Assembly (NCBI RefSeq): GCF_001194135.2
Contig: NC_068997.1
Span: 3,703,032-3,741,343 of the forward strand
DNA length: 38,312 bases
DNA from: Octopus bimaculoides
Lineage: Eukaryota
Direction: 5' to 3'
Each line of letters begins with the position of its first letter. Within the stretch, counting starts at the first letter, position 1. Positions 33,679-38,312 of this stretch are shown in pieces. A program made the translations under genes and the position numbers. Below the pieces are notes generated by a model. The model saw only the letters and a list, made by a program, of their open reading frames with translations, was not told the DNA's origin and did not search any database.

Positions 33679-34214
33679 ATTATTAGTATTTTTATATTAT
33701 CGTTATCATTATCACCTAAGAAATAAGTAGTGTACAACACAGAAGGTCGTGCTGTCAAACACCGGCTTATTTCCTTCCACCTTAGGTCCTGAGACGTGAC
33801 AGTGTTAGGAGTTCCACTTCCTGTCAGTATTTTAGTTAAATCTCCACAATTTGGTAAATACTTACAACCCTAGAATCTGTTTACTTGTAGCAGAAAGAAA
33901 CTTTTTATTGTTAGGTTGTATGTTCCTGGAAACAAGGTATCTCTGTTGACCAGAATGTAAAAATGTGACACTCCACTGGATTATAGGCACACAAATAAAT
34001 GTATATAACAATTAACAGAGTGATGTGGTAAAATCACAACTTAAAAGCAATGAATTATACATTAACAGTTAAACAACTAAAGACTTGTAACTCGTATAAG
34101 AACCTCTTTGTCAGTGACATAGTTTTTATTACGCTCCATTTCATGCAAACATGACCAAATTATTACAAACATTTCAGCATGTAAGCGTATATTTTGTATT
34201 GTTTCCTTCATTGT

Positions 34215-34600
34215 AGTGCAGCCATGATGGGGCACTACTTTAAAGAGTTTAGTCGAACAAATCGATCCCAGTATTTATTTTTCAAGTCTGGCTCTTATTC
34301 TATCGGATACTTTTGTTGAACTGCCAAGTTACGGGGATGTATACTAACCAACACCGGTAGTAAGAGAAACCCCAATCCGAAAAACACACGCATAGATATG
34401 CACATGCATACATACACACGAATATATATGTGTGTGTGTGTGTGTACAACATGCTTTTTTTATTTACCGTCTACCAAATATATTCACAAGACTTTGGTCA
34501 GCCCGGACCAATAGTAGAAAACAGATCAAGGTACCATTCAATGGAACTGAAACGAAAACCTTGTGGTTGAGAAGCAAGCTTCTTACTACATCGGCACGCC
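34215..34600 (-). mobile_element. Degenerate SINE family B
   Basis: GCAGCCATGATGGGGCACTAC, GTTACGGGGATGTA and CTTTGGTCAGCCCGGACCAATAGTAGAAAAC match family B. Confidence 0.75.
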
Positions 34601-34611
34601 TGCGCTTATGT

Positions 34612-34832
34612 ATTGGTTTCAAATTTTGGCACAAAGCCAGAAAATTCGGGAGAGAGGGGCGGTAAGTCTATTATATTGACCCCAGTGCTCAACTGGTTTT
34701 TATTTTATCGACCCCGAAAGGATGAAATGAAATTTCGTCCTTTGGTGGAACTTGAACTCAGAACGCAAAGACGACCGATTTGTCGCTAAGCCTTTTGCCC
34801 GACGTGCTAATGACCCTGCCAGCTTGCCATCC
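34612..34832 (-). mobile_element. SINE family A (full-length)
   Basis: GGTTTCAAATTTTGGCACAAAGCCAG...GAACTCAGAACG...CTGCCAGCTTGCCATC. Confidence 0.85.
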
Positions 34833-35309
34833 CCCCCAGCCTCTCTATTAAAGTTTATATTATAGTAACCTATTTTAAACATATTTTTTCTTCCTTCAAA
34901 GCTAATTAATCAAGGACTAGTGACAGAAATAGTTCCAATACGTTTTAAAACAGTGTTGTGCTCTATTTCACCCATATAAATATCTGTGTCTTCTAACACA
35001 TATAGATTAGCAGACTCAAAATGTCTGCTGTAGAAATATTATACTTGTTTTTGTTGTTATCGTTACTGTACGTGTTGTTGTTCACGTTGTTGTGTAACAC
35101 TAGGTCTACCGTGATCGAAAAGTGCTAGAAACAGCACTTTTACTTATCCAAACACTTTTATTTATCCGGACATGGTGTAACCTGTAATTTATTAAGGGAA
35201 TGAGTCGCCAATAATGCCTTATTTATGCAAATCAGATCCCCCAGTTTAGTGAAATTTTTAACTTTAGAAGGTATAAGAACGACATCACTCATTGTAGACA
35301 GTTACATAC

Positions 35310-35372
35310 GAATGCACATTTCTAGAAGAGATTTTCAAGGCTTTGAATTCGGTTCGACCGACCATTCTCCAT
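35310..35372 (-). CDS. Candidate exon (63 nt) of an unidentified gene
   Basis: Pyrimidine-rich acceptor GTTTCTTTGTAG and GTATGT donor; only open frame is WRMVGRTEFKALKISSRNVH. Confidence 0.25.
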
Positions 35373-35884
35373 CTACAAAGAAACTTATATAAACAAAACA
35401 AAGTAAGAGAGAATGAGGTTTACAATGATTCGTTTAATTAAGCACGAATTTTCAGTTAATTTCCCTAAATTAAATCTTAAGTATTATTACATCGAAACAT
35501 ACGTTGTTTAACATTTCAAGGATTAGTGTAGTTTAAGATAACCATATTCAAAGCATCCTTCCTTTTCAGAATATATTGTGTGATTTATAGGAAACGTGAA
35601 TTCTATTTCGAACCGAATGCGCCGTGACCGCAACATTGAGGAGACTTCGTTGTTTCAGGAAGCAACCGGACTAAACCGAATGAAAATAGAATATTTAATA
35701 CACTGCTGTATTTTATATACTCTGGTATCAAACTGAATAAGATGTGAATGAGTTTAAATGTGTTACTTTAACGTGTCTTATACCAAAAAGGGAAATAACG
35801 GAAAGCATGTGACGTGGTGACGAAGTGAAGTAGGCGTGTTTAAATTATAGGTTCGATTTCCATTTGAATCAGTTCCCTCACTTC

Positions 35885-36440
35885 TATTATTGTTGTTTAG
35901 CCTCAAATCAATCCTATTCGAGTTGACATATGGTCGTAGACGTTCCAGCCATGCCTATACTATCATCTACATTGTCCAAAGTTTCTTTTAGAGGAAACGA
36001 TGTGATTTGAAAGTATATGGCTGCTATTTTTAGCAAATTGAGCTCTCCCGTACTGAGGTCTCCCTGTTATTGTTAGTGATCAGCTCTATGTTATCCCTCT
36101 TTAAGGGGATCTATGATCAAAGCATTCCAGACATGACCATTTGTCCTTTTTGATGGCACAGTGCACCCTAAACCACGTTATTCAGTTTGTCCTGCATTTC
36201 TATGGGAATAAAATGCAATTTGAGAGAGATTTGGTTTCTATTTTTAGCAGGATGGTTGTCCATGGAGATGCTCACTCATAGGTCCTACCCATTTACTGTC
36301 GTCGTTGTTATTGCTCTTGCTGTTGGTGTGCCTACTTTGATCATCCTTCCATTTTGTAAATGAACGATGTGTCCTTTGTGTAAAGTCGTAGCTTTATTAA
36401 TGAAAGAAATTTGGTTGCTATGTTTAACAGGCTGAGTGAA
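35885..36440. repeat. Several degenerate copies of dispersed repeat family D
   Basis: Recurrent motifs CTATGATCAAAG.CATTCCAG.CATGACCAT and TTTGG.TGCTAT.TTTA.CAG; a related piece lies at ~19730-19795. Confidence 0.55.
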
Positions 36441-37037
36441 GCATAGCGGTTACTAAGCAAGTTATTTGCAGGGTATATTAAATGTTAAGAGGCTGAATAG
36501 TAGCCTCACAATTGAAAACTTACTAACTCTTGTACAGACAATTGATAACGATGCGTGTGAGTGAGAAGTATGAAAAGGGATAACTTAGGGTTTGAAACTG
36601 TATTACAGACTCACTTGAAATAAGAAAAATCATACAATGAATAGTTCTTGATAATCACTTCTTGTAACAAGGGAGGGAATTTCAGGGATTATCTAACGGA
36701 TAATCTCATTAATATACCCCTGTTCCATATAGTGTGTTGTGGAGCCAAATTTAAAACATCAAGAATGTGACCTGATTTCACTTACCACACAAGGAAAGAG
36801 AGAAAATCACAGAGAGATAAAAAGACACAAAGAGCGAGAGACAGGGAGACAGACAGAGACAGAAAGAGATAAGGGGAGGGAGGGAGGGAGGGAGGGATAG
36901 AGAAACTGAAGNNNNNNNNNNAACGCCATAAACACACCACTGAAAGCACTTGCATTCTAACCAATCTTTGTATCTTCGTCTACTCAACATTTACTGCCAC
37001 TTCAGCGTTTCTCTATTTCTTTGAAGTTGTTCTTATG

Positions 37038-37085
<48 letters not shown>

Positions 37086-37222
37086 TACAATCATTCTTTT
37101 ATAAAGTCCCTCGCTTCCTTCTGTTTCACAGCCATAATATTACACCTATCAAACATTATGATACAGGTAACTACAATGTTTCACTTGCCAGCCACCATAC
37201 TACAGTATTACTATACTGACTA

Positions 37223-37480
37223 ATATATCATACGATTTATTACTGGATTGCCACATCGATTAACATATCAGACGCCATGCTATAGTGTTGCTATAACGAC
37301 TGATATATCAGACGCTACATTAGAGTAATAGCACAGTGGCCGACATATCAGACTGTATGGTACTGAGTTATTGTAATGATTCACATAGATGATATACCAT
37401 AATGTACGTACAGTGATTCTCATCTCTGACGTTATACTAACAGTCGCCATACTATGATGTTCATCTCTGATACCTTTAGT
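37223..37480. repeat. Degenerate ~40-bp minisatellite
   Basis: ATATCAGAC-type core at 37225, 37265, 37305 and 37345 (exact 40-bp period), with weaker units to ~37480. Confidence 0.75.
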
Positions 37481-38312
37481 TTGTAACCTATTATTAGCGA
37501 CTCCTGAAGTTGAGTTAAGATTATTCGGAGTCGCAGAACTTTCACAATGAATACTAAAATTTGAGTGATTTGTTAATTGAAGTTTACAAAGAAAACTGAA
37601 CAAAATTTGAACACAGCTTAAATTTAGTTTTTGTTAGTTTTTTGTTCCATAATTGCAGTTTACACTGAGAACGATGACATATCTTGATGCTTAATATCGT
37701 AAAATCATTGTCGATGGTGTAATAAGGATTTGGAAAATGTTTCTATATTTATACTGTCAATACTTCGTATAATGATTGGTAATGTTTTGTGTCCCGCTAT
37801 ACTTGGTGCTAGGTTATCACAGTTATTTTTCAAAGTATTATTTGAAATAGTTTCTTTTTGTGTTATACAAAAGTGAAAATATTTCTCCGTGGAATAAAAG
37901 TGGTTACATTTATCGACGAAGAATACAGAAACGGAACAAAACAATGCGGTATTGATAGTTCCTTCAGGGTTTGATTGCAATAACACAAATCGTTAATGTG
38001 TGAATTTGTATTAGCAGTAAAGTGGCCTGAAAAAAGTACAACTAATCTCTCTTTTTCGTAATACAAACTTACTTTTGCTTCAAGGTATAAAGAGCACTGT
38101 CCAGTCCGCTTAATATAATGCGGATATTTGGCGAAAGAAAATAAACTAAGAATCTAGAAAAACTAAGAAGGCATCTCGGTATTTAAATTTGCCTCTATTG
38201 CAAACAAACTTTTACGATTTTACGAAATGTTTCTGAAGTTTTCTAAAGTAGAACACGTAGTTTTTTTGAGAGACATATACTGGTTCCAGAAAACTTCTAA
38301 ATTATGTCATAT

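Noticed and set aside
37223-37480. CRISPR-like repeat-spacer appearance
   Set aside because: The spacers are homologous to each other, the repeat core is only ~10 bp, there are no cas genes and the context is eukaryotic.

Overview
AT-rich, repeat-saturated eukaryotic genomic DNA with five assembly gaps. The repeat complement looks like an octopus (coleoid cephalopod) intron or intergenic region; that assignment is my inference from repeat style, not a database result. There is no intact recognisable gene, and almost all listed ORFs are microsatellite translations. Supported content: about 20 copies of one tRNA-derived SINE (my label: family A), several copies of a second CORE-type SINE (family B), a decayed hAT (Buster/Charlie-type) transposon 5' half, a mariner-type MITE, a 5'-truncated CR1/L2-type LINE, an L1/Tx1-type LINE remnant and an R4/Dong-like 3' end. 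Most interesting observations: (1) four minimal hammerhead-ribozyme motifs of the Penelope type, two in the tail of what appears to be a tRNA-headed SINE (family C); (2) two related GG-terminated foldback elements (Merlin-like, one with an 8-bp TSD) carrying inward-pointing TTAGGG/TTTTAGGG arrays; (3) a 50-bp near-perfect hairpin formed inside an L1/Tx1 remnant; (4) a 60-bp 3' tail shared by the CR1-type LINE and SINE family B. A few minus-strand exon candidates are low confidence.
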